64,000 nucleotides of DNA. Source: Gemmatimonadaceae bacterium (GTDB taxonomy: Bacteria; Gemmatimonadota; Gemmatimonadetes; Gemmatimonadales; Gemmatimonadaceae). Of the stretch, positions 1 through 10,134 are shown piece by piece. The stretch spans positions 960,001-1,024,000 of the forward strand of contig JBJMOW010000004.1 in the NCBI GenBank assembly GCA_045803545.1, in the 5' to 3' direction. Every line of letters starts with the position of its first letter. The stretch's first letter is position 1. Below the pieces are notes generated by a model. It saw only the letters and a list, made by a program, of their open reading frames with translations, was not told the origin of the DNA and made no database searches. Position numbers and translations under genes: made by a program.

Positions 1-246
1 ACAAATCTCTTCATGAAACTCCCCTCGAATCACAGGAATGCCGGTCGTGCCGGCGTGTCCATCGGCGACGGGTGCCGACGGTGCAGATTGGATGAGGCGT
101 ATCTATGACAAACCCGCGGCGCAGACTGCCCGCGGGGTCGGTTCGTGAGGAGATCAAGCGCTAAGAGCGCTCAGCAGCCCTGTCGGAAATATCCCGGAAG
201 CGGAGGCAAACATATGGAATCGCGTCCGGGCGTCAAGTGTTTGCTC

Positions 247-1410
247 CTAGATCAGCTTCCCGACCCACCCACCGACGAAGTAGCCGACTGCTGCCACGCC
301 AACGCCGACCACGAACATGTCGAGGCCTGAGCGGAATGCGCTGCGACCTGTGAAAACCGAGCGGGCTGCGCCGACCAGGAAGTGCGACAACATCGCCAGC
401 GCGAAGGAAATCACGATGGCCGTCGTGCCATGCCAGATGAGGAAAGGAAAAACGGGAATCGCGGCGCCAAACGCTGTCGCGAGTCCGGTCAGCCACCCTT
501 CACGGAGTGGCGACATCCCGTACTCGCCGATCTTCAACTCTTCCTGCACCTGCTCCTTCAGCATTAGCGCGGGATCGGCCATGATCTGCGTCGCAAGCTG
601 ATGCGCCGAGTCGCGATCCATCCCCTTCGCTTCGTAAATCACCGCCAGCTCGTCGCGCTCGATCTCCGGCATCAGCTCGACTTCGGTTTTCTCCATCGAG
701 ATCTCGTAGTCGTAGACCTCGCGCTCGCTCTTGCTGGCGAGATAGCCGCTCGATCCCATCGACAACGCGTCGGCGATGAGTCCCGCAACTCCGGCAAGAA
801 CTACAGCCTGGTGTTGATTGACAACCGCCGCGCCGATGACTCCGGCGACCAGACCGAAGTTCGCCGTGAGGCCATCATTGAATCCGTACACGACGTTGCG
901 CAGGAATCCACCGGATGCTGTCTTGTGCCAGGGTTCCGCGCCCTTGCCGGCGATCTCACCAAGCGTGGTCGCATGATCCGCGGACTCGCGCGCAAGGAGC
1001 AAAGCCTCGGGACCGCCGGGCGCGCCACGTGGTGTACCGCGATGCATGTCGAGGTAAGCCTTTACTTCACGCCCTTCTTCCTCGAGCAACATCGGCAGCA
1101 GGAAATTCGGACCGAACATCTTGCCGAGTGAGGCAAGCAGTCGCGCGCGTCCACTCGGCTTGAAATCACCCGGCGGATGACCGTGTGTTGTTAGCAGCTC
1201 CGTCCAGATGGTGACGTGCCGATCCTCGACGCTGGCCAGCCGAGCGTAGACGTCACTCTTCTTTGGGTCAGACTCGGCCTCTGCGAGAAGCCGATAGAGA
1301 TAGGCGGCATCGGCTTCGTCCTGCCAGTGATGCTCGAAGGAGTGAATATCAATCGCGGTATCCGGCCGGGCGTCGGGGGCGGGGCGTGGTGGTTCCAACG
1401 TCGTCGACAT
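247..1410 (-). CDS. VIT1/CCC1 family Fe/Mn transporter with N-terminal rubrerythrin/ferritin-like domain
   Basis: N-terminal helical domain with ExxH motifs (EDRH, ESADH); C-terminal VIT1 motifs VYGFNDGL and ALSMGSSGYL with multiple TM segments. Confidence 0.9.
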   Translation of the reverse strand: MSTTLEPPRPAPDARPDTAIDIHSFEHHWQDEADAAYLYRLLAEAESDPKKSDVYARLASVEDRHVTIWTELLTTHGHPPGDFKPSGRARLLASLGKMFGPNFLLPMLLEEEGREVKAYLDMHRGTPRGAPGGPEALLLARESADHATTLGEIAGKGAEPWHKTASGGFLRNVVYGFNDGLTANFGLVAGVIGAAVVNQHQAVVLAGVAGLIADALSMGSSGYLASKSEREVYDYEISMEKTEVELMPEIERDELAVIYEAKGMDRDSAHQLATQIMADPALMLKEQVQEELKIGEYGMSPLREGWLTGLATAFGAAIPVFPFLIWHGTTAIVISFALAMLSHFLVGAARSVFTGRSAFRSGLDMFVVGVGVAAVGYFVGGWVGKLI

Positions 1411-1502
1411 GCTTCAATATCATCCGCCGAGCCACCTTTTGCACCCTTGGCAACCATTGCACGGAAGAGTTTGTCCTATCGGACAGAACACTAAAGGAGC
1501 AA

Positions 1503-2348
1503 ATGATGAAGTCACCGCTAATTCTTTCGGCGCTGGTCGCCGCGATGGGCGTTGCTGGCGCTCAGGACAAGACTGTCCAGCCTGACTCGACCTGCACCAA
1601 ATACTCGAACGGTCGCGTCGAGTGTCGGGTCTACCGACACTTTGGATCAGACAGTCTGATGCGAAGAATGAGCTTCCGCATGGACTCAGTATTGGCCAAC
1701 CGCGCGGCACTGGGCCTGGAAGTTCGCTCGACCGGCAACAAGCGCGATACGCTCGGCGTTTTTGTCGAGGGCGTGACGTCGAAGGGGCCGGCTGAAGCAG
1801 CCGGCATCGTCGAAGGCGATCGGATTGCGTCGATCAACGGCATCGACCTTCGTACCGCGCCGGCCGACGCTGATGATGAATTCGACAGCGGAATCGGAGC
1901 GCGCAGATTGAGTCGCGAAGTGCAGAAGCTCAGTCCAGGCGCGCGCGTCAGTCTGCGGGTTTACTCGGGCGGCCGCTTTCGCGATGTGCAGGTGACTGCC
2001 GGAAAAGCCGGCGACCTGATGCGCCTGAGAACGGCGAACGGCAGATTCCCTGGCGGTGGTTTCGAGTTCTACGGGCCTGACAGGATGATCGGTCCCGAAC
2101 AACTGATGATGCACGAGGATTTCGAACCGCTGATGCTCGAGCGGATGCAGCCGATGCTCGACCGGATGCAGCCGATGCTCGAGAGGATGCAGCCGATGTT
2201 GGAGGAACGCCTGCGCGATTTACCTGAGCGGATCGAGTTGCGCATGGCGCCCGGGGTCCGGACGTTTCGGACGCTACCCCGCACTTACCGTGTGGAGCGT
2301 GGTACCGAGGAGCAGCGCGCCGCTGCCCAGCAGGGATTCATCCATTAA
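1503..2348 (+). CDS. Secreted PDZ-domain protein
   Basis: SD AAGGAG before ATG 1503, which is in frame with ORF 1263; signal peptide; PDZ motif GPAEAAGIVEGDRIASING. Confidence 0.8.
   Translation: MMKSPLILSALVAAMGVAGAQDKTVQPDSTCTKYSNGRVECRVYRHFGSDSLMRRMSFRMDSVLANRAALGLEVRSTGNKRDTLGVFVEGVTSKGPAEAAGIVEGDRIASINGIDLRTAPADADDEFDSGIGARRLSREVQKLSPGARVSLRVYSGGRFRDVQVTAGKAGDLMRLRTANGRFPGGGFEFYGPDRMIGPEQLMMHEDFEPLMLERMQPMLDRMQPMLERMQPMLEERLRDLPERIELRMAPGVRTFRTLPRTYRVERGTEEQRAAAQQGFIH
2130..2204 (+). repeat. In-frame 21-bp tandem repeat (about 3.5 copies) encoding (P/L)ML(E/D)RMQ
   Basis: ctgatgctcgagcggatgcag / ccgatgctcgaccggatgcag / ccgatgctcgagaggatgcag / ccgatgttggag. Confidence 0.9.
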
Positions 2349-2353
2349 TGCGA

Positions 2354-3022
2354 TTACGGAGTTTGCCGCGACAGCAGCTCGGGCCGCTCGAGTCGCGTCA
2401 GCGCCGCTTTTTGTGGCTGGAATTGTTTCGCTAACTCGCTGACGCGGGATTGCCAGCGCGATTGCAGCTCGGTCGCTGCTGATTGAACGCGCTGTTCCGC
2501 CGCAGTAGGGCCGGGCAGCGCGTTTTGCGTTGATTTCGCGGGCGTTGTTGGCGTCGCCGGAGGCGTTGCAGTGGGCGTGTCCGAACATCCGAAGCTCGGG
2601 GGATTTTTCGGATCGACGGCAGCATAACCGATACGGGGCAACACATCGGCTGCAATGAGAATCGTGCCAGCGAGCGCGATCGCGATCGAGACCAAATGCA
2701 TTCGGGGTAAGCGAGCGCGCCACGACGTGATGCCGATCCAGATGCCACCGATGACGATGACCGCCTCGGCACCCAGAAATCCAAACAGACCTGCACCGCA
2801 CGTATTGTTGTACGGCCAGAAGAGCAGAGCGACACCAACGGCGGCAACCAGAATCAGTCGCGCAGTAACGCCGATGAGAGCTGCGCGCTGAGCCGTACGT
2901 TCCTTGGCGCGCCGATCCTCTTCGGTCTGGAGCTTCTTGTACGCAAGCGACGGCTCCGGCGGCAATCCGTCGAATTCGCGCTCTATCTTTTTGAGTTGTG
3001 TCGACCAGTCGTCTTGAGCCAC
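2354..3022 (-). CDS. Hypothetical membrane protein (3 TM segments, Pro/Thr-rich linker)
   Basis: Hydrophobic segments in ORF 2354..3151; GTG at 3022 with upstream GAGG chosen to avoid overlap with hslR. Confidence 0.65.
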   Translation of the reverse strand: MAQDDWSTQLKKIEREFDGLPPEPSLAYKKLQTEEDRRAKERTAQRAALIGVTARLILVAAVGVALLFWPYNNTCGAGLFGFLGAEAVIVIGGIWIGITSWRARLPRMHLVSIAIALAGTILIAADVLPRIGYAAVDPKNPPSFGCSDTPTATPPATPTTPAKSTQNALPGPTAAEQRVQSAATELQSRWQSRVSELAKQFQPQKAALTRLERPELLSRQTP

Positions 3023-3086
3023 GCACGCCTCGGCAAAACCCCTGATATCTTCAAGACTCCGAGAGCCCGTTTTGGGCAACGATAAG

Positions 3087-3482
3087 ATGAGTTCCGACGA
3101 CATAACGCGAGTCAGACTGGATAAATGGCTGTGGGCCGCCCGTTTTTTCAAAACCCGGGGCTTAGCGGCTCAGGCGATAGAAACCGGCAAGGTCGAGGTC
3201 AACGGGGAGCGCGCAAAGCGCGCAAAGCAGCTACAGCTCGGAGATGAACTGCGGATCCGCCTCGGGCCGTATCACCACATCGTCAAAGTGCGCGGAATTT
3301 CCGAGCGCCGCGGTCCGCCTGCAGTCGCGGCTGAACTATTCGCGGAAACGGAGGAAAGCCGGAAGGCGCGCGAAGCGATGCAGCTCCAGGTTCGCGTCGC
3401 CCAATCAGTTCCCGGCTACGATCGAGGCCGTCCCACGAAAAAAGATCGCCGCGATATCGAAAGATTGAAGCGCCGGGAGTAG
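3087..3482 (+). CDS. hslR: Ribosome-associated heat shock protein Hsp15 (S4 domain)
   Basis: VRLDKWLWAARFFKTR and C-terminal GRPTKKDRR motifs. Confidence 0.93.
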   Translation: MSSDDITRVRLDKWLWAARFFKTRGLAAQAIETGKVEVNGERAKRAKQLQLGDELRIRLGPYHHIVKVRGISERRGPPAVAAELFAETEESRKAREAMQLQVRVAQSVPGYDRGRPTKKDRRDIERLKRRE

Positions 3483-5396
3483 CTAGAACTCCATTTGGGC
3501 GCCGAGCTCTACGACTCGATTCGGCGGGATTCCGAAAAACTCGGTCGCGGGGCGCGAGTTGCGCTGCATGAAAATGAAAAGCCGCTTGCGCCAGCGCGCG
3601 AGCGGCTTCGTTCCGGTCGGAATCAGGTTCTCTCTGCCAAGGTAGTACGTAGTTTCCGTCGGCTTCGCGATAACGCCACGCTCAGTAGAGAGCGACAAAA
3701 CTTCCGGCACGTTCGGCGTCTGCATGAAGCCATACTTGGCTTTAACGCGCGTGAAGTTATGTGGGAATGTCGTTACTTCGATTCGCTCAGTCGTCGGCAC
3801 TTCGGGAACAGGCGCCGAGACGACGGATAACAGCACCACGTGCTCGTGCAGAACCTTGTTGTGTTTCAGGTGATGCAGCAGCACCAGTGGTGCGTCCTTC
3901 GACTCCGACGTCAGGAACACCGCCGTACCTGGGACGCGAACCGGCTTGAAACGCTTATCCGGATTCTGGTCGCCCAGGTCGTTGAGCAACACGTCCAGCG
4001 GAATCGACGCGTCACGCAGCAATCCCCGCACGATCAGCCGGCCGCGCTGCCACGTCGTCATCAGGATGAACAACGCAAGCGCGACGGTGAGCGGGACCCA
4101 GCCACCGTCCTTCACCTTGAGGATGTTCGCGCTAAAAAACGACGCGTCTATAACGAAGAACGGTACCACCAGCAGTATCGTGCGCGTCCTACTCCATCCC
4201 CACCACGTGCGAGCAACGGTGTAGATAAGCGCAGTAGTTATCAGGAACGTACCCGTCACCGCTATGCCGTACGCTGCGCCAAGAGCGTCCGACGATCTGA
4301 AGTAGAGAACGACGAGGAGGCAGCCAATCATCAGCGCGCTGTTGACTTCAGGGATATAGATCTGCCCCGCCTCCTGCTTCGAAGTGTGAATGATGGTGAC
4401 ACGGGGGCTATAACCGAGTTGCACGCATTGCTGGGTGATCGAGAAAGCTCCCGAGATCAGCGCCTGAGATGCAATGATGGCAGCCAGAGTTGCCAGCGTG
4501 ATGAGCGGATAAAGCATCGGACGCGGCGCCAACAGGTAAAAAGGATTTGACGCCGCGGTTGGGTCGTGGAGGAGCAACCCGCCCTGACCGAAGTAATTGA
4601 GAATGAGTGCTGGAAAGACAATGGTGAACCAGGCGATCCGAATCGCGCGCTTTCCAAAGTGACCCATGTCGGCGTAGAGCGCTTCAGCACCCGTTACAAC
4701 GAGTACGACTGCGCCGAGTATCACGAACGAGTGCGCGCCGTGCAGCGCGAAAAAGTCGAGAGCATACCAGGGATTAATTGCCAGCAGGATTCTCGGCTCT
4801 TTCCCAATCTCGGCCGCGCCAAGGAGTGCTATCGCGATGAACCATATTAGCGTGATCGGTCCGAAGATTCGCCCGACTTTCCCGGTGCCCCACTTCTGAA
4901 AGAAGAAGAGAGTGAAGATGATGATAAGGGTGAGTGGTACCGCCAATCTGGCCAGCAGCGGTTCGACTACACCCAAACCTTCCGTCGCACCGAGCACCGA
5001 GATTGCCGGAGTTATGATTCCGTCGCCGTAGAGAAGTGCAGCGCCGATCAGCCCGATAGCGGTGATAATGACTTTGGCGCGCCTGTCGGCATCGCGGTTC
5101 AAGCGCTGAGCAATCAGCGCTACCAGCGCGAGAATTCCGCCTTCACCATGGTTGTCCGCACGCATGACAACGATGATGTACTTGATGCTGACGACGGCGA
5201 TCAGTGACCAGACGATCAGCGACAGAACACCGTAGATGTTGGCTGGAGTGGGCGTGAGCCCGTACTCGGGCTTGAAGCATTCTCGCAGTGCGTAAAGCGG
5301 GCTGGTACCGATGTCGCCATAGACGACGCCGAGCGCGAGAAGAGTAAGTTTTGCGAGACGGCGGCCGCTCGGACGAGCTTCCAGGTTAGTACTGAT
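3483..5396 (-). CDS. kup: KUP/HAK/KT potassium transporter; start probably non-canonical (ATC at 5396)
   Basis: MRADNHGEGG, TGAEALYADMGHFG and AAAYGIAVT-like motifs; the conserved N-terminal LGVVYGDIGTSPLYA lies upstream of the ORF-track ATG (5165) in the same open frame. Confidence 0.9.
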   Translation of the reverse strand: MSTNLEARPSGRRLAKLTLLALGVVYGDIGTSPLYALRECFKPEYGLTPTPANIYGVLSLIVWSLIAVVSIKYIIVVMRADNHGEGGILALVALIAQRLNRDADRRAKVIITAIGLIGAALLYGDGIITPAISVLGATEGLGVVEPLLARLAVPLTLIIIFTLFFFQKWGTGKVGRIFGPITLIWFIAIALLGAAEIGKEPRILLAINPWYALDFFALHGAHSFVILGAVVLVVTGAEALYADMGHFGKRAIRIAWFTIVFPALILNYFGQGGLLLHDPTAASNPFYLLAPRPMLYPLITLATLAAIIASQALISGAFSITQQCVQLGYSPRVTIIHTSKQEAGQIYIPEVNSALMIGCLLVVLYFRSSDALGAAYGIAVTGTFLITTALIYTVARTWWGWSRTRTILLVVPFFVIDASFFSANILKVKDGGWVPLTVALALFILMTTWQRGRLIVRGLLRDASIPLDVLLNDLGDQNPDKRFKPVRVPGTAVFLTSESKDAPLVLLHHLKHNKVLHEHVVLLSVVSAPVPEVPTTERIEVTTFPHNFTRVKAKYGFMQTPNVPEVLSLSTERGVIAKPTETTYYLGRENLIPTGTKPLARWRKRLFIFMQRNSRPATEFFGIPPNRVVELGAQMEF

Positions 5397-5591
5397 TTGC
5401 GCGACCTATAGAGGTAGTTCAGGCCACTGTTTCTGCAGTGCTACTTAATCTGGTGGCTTGACCTCGGAATTTCCGTAGGCACGGCACCGTTTGCAAGGTC
5501 GGTACCTCCGCGGGGTGAAAACATGCTGCTAACAGGGCATGTCACTTGCGTTTATAACGCCCGCAAGTACCTGACTAAATGGAGGAAGAAA

Positions 5592-5792
5592 ATGGCAGAT
5601 CTCAACGAAAGAGGTCTCAAGAACCAGGTCAAAGGGACCGGCAAGGAGATGAAAGGGAAGCTTCGCGGTGACCTCGGCGACGCTACCGACAACAGCAGCG
5701 AGCACATCAAAGGTCGCGCTGAACAACTGGAAGGAAAAATCCAGAAAAACTTCGGCAAGGGTGAACGCGACGCGGATCCCGACAACGTCTAA
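5592..5792 (+). CDS. CsbD-family stress protein
   Basis: SD GGAGG; KGTGKEMKGKL..GDATDN..GRAEQLEGKIQ pattern. Confidence 0.85.
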   Translation: MADLNERGLKNQVKGTGKEMKGKLRGDLGDATDNSSEHIKGRAEQLEGKIQKNFGKGERDADPDNV

Positions 5793-5812
5793 GTCCTCCA
5801 TCCAAAACTGAG

Positions 5813-5855
5813 AAAAAAACAAAGGCCGGTGCATTGCACCGGCCTTTTTGTTTTT
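5813..5855. terminator. Bidirectional intrinsic terminator
   Basis: A-tract, AAAGGCCGGTGCA-T-TGCACCGGCCTTT stem, T-tract, between convergent genes. Confidence 0.9.
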
Positions 5856-5861
5856 CATATC

Positions 5862-6299
5862 TCAATAGCGCGGCGGACTTCCGGGTCCACTCGGTCCGCC
5901 GAGTGTATCGCCGCCGCGTCGTTCGGCCAGATCCTTTCGCGCGGCCGCTCGAAGCTTGTCGAGTTTCGCGGCCTGCTCAGGAGTCAGCAAGCGCTTGATC
6001 TGCGCGTGAGTGCTGTCGCTCACGACTCGCGCCTGCTTGGCAATCGAGTCGAGCTGCGGCTGAATGGGCTTATACAGCGCGACGATCTGCCGGTGCTTCT
6101 GTTCGATCAGTGTGTCGACGGCGGCTGCCTGCTGTGGCGTCAAGCTCAGCTCTTCCGCCATGCGCTGCCTAGAGGCGCGGGGTCCACGGACGTGCTCGCG
6201 CTTCGCGTCCATCACTCGGTCTGCTGTAAAGCCCAGCGCGCCGCCCGTGATGAAGGCGCCAAGCAGGAACATCAGCGCGTAACCCTTAGAGCGTTCCAT
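5862..6299 (-). CDS. Membrane-anchored periplasmic helical protein (Spy/CpxP or heavy-metal-sensor-like)
   Basis: N-terminal TM; LSLTPQQ and LLTPEQ motifs; third gene of an ECF operon. Confidence 0.65.
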   Translation of the reverse strand: MERSKGYALMFLLGAFITGGALGFTADRVMDAKREHVRGPRASRQRMAEELSLTPQQAAAVDTLIEQKHRQIVALYKPIQPQLDSIAKQARVVSDSTHAQIKRLLTPEQAAKLDKLRAAARKDLAERRGGDTLGGPSGPGSPPRY

Positions 6300-6306
6300 C
6301 GCGACC

Positions 6307-6723
6307 TCAGTGTGACATGACGTAGCGGAACGTCGCTTCCCGCTGCGACGATCCGTCGTGCGGAGCCTGAACTACCTGCACCGCACCAGGCAGTAGTTCG
6401 TACGACAGGGAATCGGTGACTGCCTCGTAGCTGACGCGCAAATCTTCGTCTTTCTGTTTCGACAAAACCAATCCGGCGGCGACAAACAGCAACGCAGCGG
6501 CTGCGAGTCCGGGACCGGCCCAGCTCGCCAGATCAGACCACCAATTCACGGGGATCACTGCTGCGCCGCGATCCCTGACATATGACATGATCTGCTGCTC
6601 GAAGCCGTCCCAGTAGGACGTAGCGGCAGGCGCCGCATAAATCTCACGAAGTGCCTTCGTGAGCTCTGCGTCCGGCCCGTCTTCGTTCTCGAGTCGCAAA
6701 TCGAATCTTTCGTCCATCTTCAA
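6307..6723 (-). CDS. Putative anti-sigma factor (single TM)
   Basis: Overlaps the ECF sigma stop (ATGA); central TM helix. Confidence 0.65.
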   Translation of the reverse strand: MKMDERFDLRLENEDGPDAELTKALREIYAAPAATSYWDGFEQQIMSYVRDRGAAVIPVNWWSDLASWAGPGLAAAALLFVAAGLVLSKQKDEDLRVSYEAVTDSLSYELLPGAVQVVQAPHDGSSQREATFRYVMSH

Positions 6724-7307
6724 TCCCTCAGATTTCCCAGCAGCACCCGCAACTTCTGTCGCGCGTGGTGCAAATCCGACCGGGCAGTGCCGCCCGGTAT
6801 ACCCAACATCTCTCCAATTTCCGCGTGCGTAAAGCCCTCGACATCATGGAGAACTATCACCGACCGCGCCCGATCGGAAAGCTTCGCTAGCGCAGCCTTT
6901 AACCGTTCCCGCAACTCGTCGCCTTCGGCGGGATCGCGAAAAGGAGTTGCCATCGTGTCCGACAGCTCTTCCGCGTTCCTGACCTTACGGCGACGGGCCA
7001 GATCCAGCGCTGCGTTTGCGACGATGCGATTGAGCCAGGCTCCGAATGCCTGCGCGGGATCGAAACGATCCAACGCCTGGTGCGCCCGCAGAAACCCTTC
7101 CTGCACCGCGTCTTCCGCATCCTCGTGCGTCAGCACTATCGAGCGTGCTACCGCATACGCCCTTCTCTGATGCAGTCGAACCAGCCCTGCAAAACCCCGG
7201 TCGTCGCCCGCCCTGGCAAGGCGAACGAGCTCCTTCTCTTCATCAGAAATACGAACGGGCTGACTGGACTGTTGGGACAGATGCGGTTCCCCCGGGTTCT
7301 GCTCCAA
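6720..7307 (-). CDS. ECF RNA polymerase sigma-70 factor (start uncertain)
   Basis: DAEDAVQEGF, FGAWLNRIVAN (region 2); EIGEMLGIPGGTARSDLHHAR (region 4). Confidence 0.9.
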   Translation of the reverse strand: MEQNPGEPHLSQQSSQPVRISDEEKELVRLARAGDDRGFAGLVRLHQRRAYAVARSIVLTHEDAEDAVQEGFLRAHQALDRFDPAQAFGAWLNRIVANAALDLARRRKVRNAEELSDTMATPFRDPAEGDELRERLKAALAKLSDRARSVIVLHDVEGFTHAEIGEMLGIPGGTARSDLHHARQKLRVLLGNLRD

Positions 7308-7363
7308 ACCTACTGGAGGCCCGCCGGGTGCGTCTGCAGAATCGATGCGGGGCAAGGATCCGC

Positions 7364-8950
7364 CTAGTGTACGGGTCCCATCGACCCGCGGGCGCGGCCA
7401 GTTCTGAACAGCAGGAGCAACGGCAGCGCACAAAGGAGGACCAGACCGCTATACAGGTAGATCTTCGAGAACGCGAGCATGCTCGACTGCAGAGTGACCT
7501 GACGGTCCAGAATCGCCAGCGCCTGCTGCTGCGCCACCATCGGGTTTATTCCGCGGGAGATCAAACCGCGAGTGAGCATGGAGATCCGGCCAAGGGTCTC
7601 CGGATCGTTGTTGCCAACGTGCTCGACCAGGACTGCCTTTTCAGCCGCCATGAAGCGCGCGAGCAATGTCGCCATAACCGCAATGCCCAATGAGCCGCCG
7701 AGCTGACGCATCAAGTTGAACATCCCAGTTCCTTGCGCCAGGTCCTTCACCTTTAGGTCGGCCATCGTCGCATTCGTAAGCGGCACAAAGATCAGGCCGA
7801 GGCCCATGCCGCGCAGGATCAACGGCCAGAACAGATCCTGGGATCCGCTCGCCGATGTCAGGTGCGACAGCTTCAGCATCGACAGGAAGAACAGGAATGC
7901 GCCAGCTATCACGGTATAGCGTGCGTCGAGTCGCATCGCATTGCGCCCAACGACCGCCATCGTCACAGCGGATGCAATCGCACCTGGCAGGATGATCTTT
8001 CCGGTCTGCCACGCCGTCATCTGCAACAACCCCTGCAGAAATACCGGCAGGATGAACACCGACCCGTAGAGCGCGAATCCGAGCAGCAGACCAATGCTGA
8101 TACCGGCCGTGAGCTGGCGGCTCTTGAGAATCCGAAAGTTGATGACGGGCTCGTCGGTAGTCAGCTCGTGCCAGATCAGCGCGACGCCTGCGACGGCTGC
8201 GGTGACGGCCAACGCGGTGACAGAGCGTGATTCCCACCAATCGTAGCGCTCGCCGCGCTCGAGCATCCACTGCAATGAGCCGACGCATAACGCCAACAGC
8301 CCTATCCCGAGATAGTCGATCTTATCGGCGCGCTCCTGGTGCGCGGCGTCGTGGACGTAAGTCATCGTCAGGATCGCCGCGATAATGCCGAGCGGAACGT
8401 TGATGTAGAAGATCCACGGCCAGTTGTAATTGTCCGTGATCCAACCGCCAAGTGTAGGCCCGAGCGTCGGCCCGACCATGACGCCGACGCCGAAGATCGC
8501 CATCCCGGTGCCGGCTTCTTCGGGCGGGAAGGATTCGTAAAGTGTCGCCTGCGCGGTGGACAGCAGAGCGCCACCTCCGATCCCCTGGATTACGCGCCAG
8601 AAAATGAGCCCGAGCAGCGAGTGCGCAGCGCCGCAGAAAAACGACGCGACGGTAAAAAGCGCAATCGATCCGGTGAAGTAGCGCTTTCTGCCGAAATAGG
8701 CAGAGAGCCATCCAGACATCGGAATGACGATGACGTTGGCGATGATGTAGGCCGTCGACACCCATGCGATTTCGTCGAGGGTGGCGCCGAGGTTCCCCAT
8801 CATGTGCGGGATGGCGACGTTGACGATCGAGGTGTCGATCAGCTCCAACATCGCCGCCATCGTGACGGTGGCGGCGATGATGTATTTATGGGCGTACTTA
8901 TCCTCGACGGATGTAGAAATCCCCGTCGACCGCAGTACGGCGGTGCTCAC
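7364..8950 (-). CDS. emrB: DHA2 (EmrB/QacA) MFS efflux permease
   Basis: ELIDTSIVNVAIPHMMGNLGA and GPTLGGWITDNYNWPWIFYINVP motifs; GTG start overlaps the upstream stop (GTGA). Confidence 0.92.
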   Translation of the reverse strand: MSTAVLRSTGISTSVEDKYAHKYIIAATVTMAAMLELIDTSIVNVAIPHMMGNLGATLDEIAWVSTAYIIANVIVIPMSGWLSAYFGRKRYFTGSIALFTVASFFCGAAHSLLGLIFWRVIQGIGGGALLSTAQATLYESFPPEEAGTGMAIFGVGVMVGPTLGPTLGGWITDNYNWPWIFYINVPLGIIAAILTMTYVHDAAHQERADKIDYLGIGLLALCVGSLQWMLERGERYDWWESRSVTALAVTAAVAGVALIWHELTTDEPVINFRILKSRQLTAGISIGLLLGFALYGSVFILPVFLQGLLQMTAWQTGKIILPGAIASAVTMAVVGRNAMRLDARYTVIAGAFLFFLSMLKLSHLTSASGSQDLFWPLILRGMGLGLIFVPLTNATMADLKVKDLAQGTGMFNLMRQLGGSLGIAVMATLLARFMAAEKAVLVEHVGNNDPETLGRISMLTRGLISRGINPMVAQQQALAILDRQVTLQSSMLAFSKIYLYSGLVLLCALPLLLLFRTGRARGSMGPVH

Positions 8951-10089
8951 CGGGATGTATCCACGTGCACGTCCACGGATAGACCCGGACGCAACGGACG
9001 ACTGCCGCCGCACGGCTTGGTGACCGCGATTCTCACCGGCACACGCTGCACGACCTTGGTGAAGTTACCGGTCGCATTGTCGGGCGGAAGCAGCGCGAAC
9101 TTGGCGCCCGTCGCACCGCTCACACTTTCCACTTTACCTTCCGCGGTGCAACCGTAGGCGTCGACCGAGAACTCAACCGGCTGTCCCGGATGAATCTTGG
9201 CGAGCTGCGTCTCCTTGAAATTCGCGGTCACCCAAACACCGGTGTCGGCGACGATGCTGAGGAGCGGCTGTCCAGGATTCACGAGTTGTCCAACTTCTAC
9301 CTGCTTGCGCGAGATTTCCCCGGACGCCGGAGCAGTGATTCGGGTGTAGTCCAATTGCAACTGCGCGTTCGCCGTAGCTGCGCGCGCGGCAAGTGTGCGC
9401 GCACTCGCGACGCGGACACCAGCCTCGGCGGTGTTCACGGTACCCCCCGCGGCCGAGGCCTGACGCTCAGCGGCGAGGAGATTCGCGTGCGCGACCTCGG
9501 CCGCGGCCTGCGAAGCATCGAGTTGCTGCTTGGAGATGATCTGCTTGCCAGCCAACTCCTTGGCGCGGGCGAGATCCAAGTCAGCCTTGTTGGCGTTGGC
9601 GCGAGCAGCACCGATCTGCGCATCGAGTGCAGCGCGCTGGCCGGCGGCGCTTTGCACCTGAGCCTGAGCCTGACCAGCGAAGCCGGCGCTGCCGGCGGTT
9701 GCTTCGGCGGCAGCGAGATCCGCCTGCGATTGCTGCAGCCGCACGACGTAGTCGGCGTCGTCGAGCTGGACGAGTGGCTGGCCAGCGTTCACGTGATCGT
9801 TCTCGTTGACCGAAACAGATTTCACGTAGCCGCCGACTTTCGCCAGTACCGGCACGATGTGACCGTCGACCTGTGCGTTGTCAGTCGACTGGTGGGAGCG
9901 ACCGTAGTTCCACTTCTGGAACGCCCAGAAGAGAACGAGCAGTGCGACGACACCAACGATCGGCAGCACGAATTTCTTTTTGTTCGATCCTGTGGTCGTC
10001 TCGGTCACGTGATCCGTTCGAGTCTGGGAAGTACGAGAGCCGTTCCCACTCGGGGTCTGCGGCGCTTCGGTTTCGATTGCGGTGGCCAT
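8947..10089 (-). CDS. emrA: EmrA/HlyD membrane fusion protein
   Basis: STDNAQVDG, VTANFKETQL and FALLPPDNATGNFTKVVQRVPV motifs. Confidence 0.93.
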   Translation of the reverse strand: MATAIETEAPQTPSGNGSRTSQTRTDHVTETTTGSNKKKFVLPIVGVVALLVLFWAFQKWNYGRSHQSTDNAQVDGHIVPVLAKVGGYVKSVSVNENDHVNAGQPLVQLDDADYVVRLQQSQADLAAAEATAGSAGFAGQAQAQVQSAAGQRAALDAQIGAARANANKADLDLARAKELAGKQIISKQQLDASQAAAEVAHANLLAAERQASAAGGTVNTAEAGVRVASARTLAARAATANAQLQLDYTRITAPASGEISRKQVEVGQLVNPGQPLLSIVADTGVWVTANFKETQLAKIHPGQPVEFSVDAYGCTAEGKVESVSGATGAKFALLPPDNATGNFTKVVQRVPVRIAVTKPCGGSRPLRPGLSVDVHVDTSR

Positions 10090-10134
10090 TGGATTCCTGT
10101 TCTTAGTCTGAATTTAGTGCTGAAATGTCGCTGA

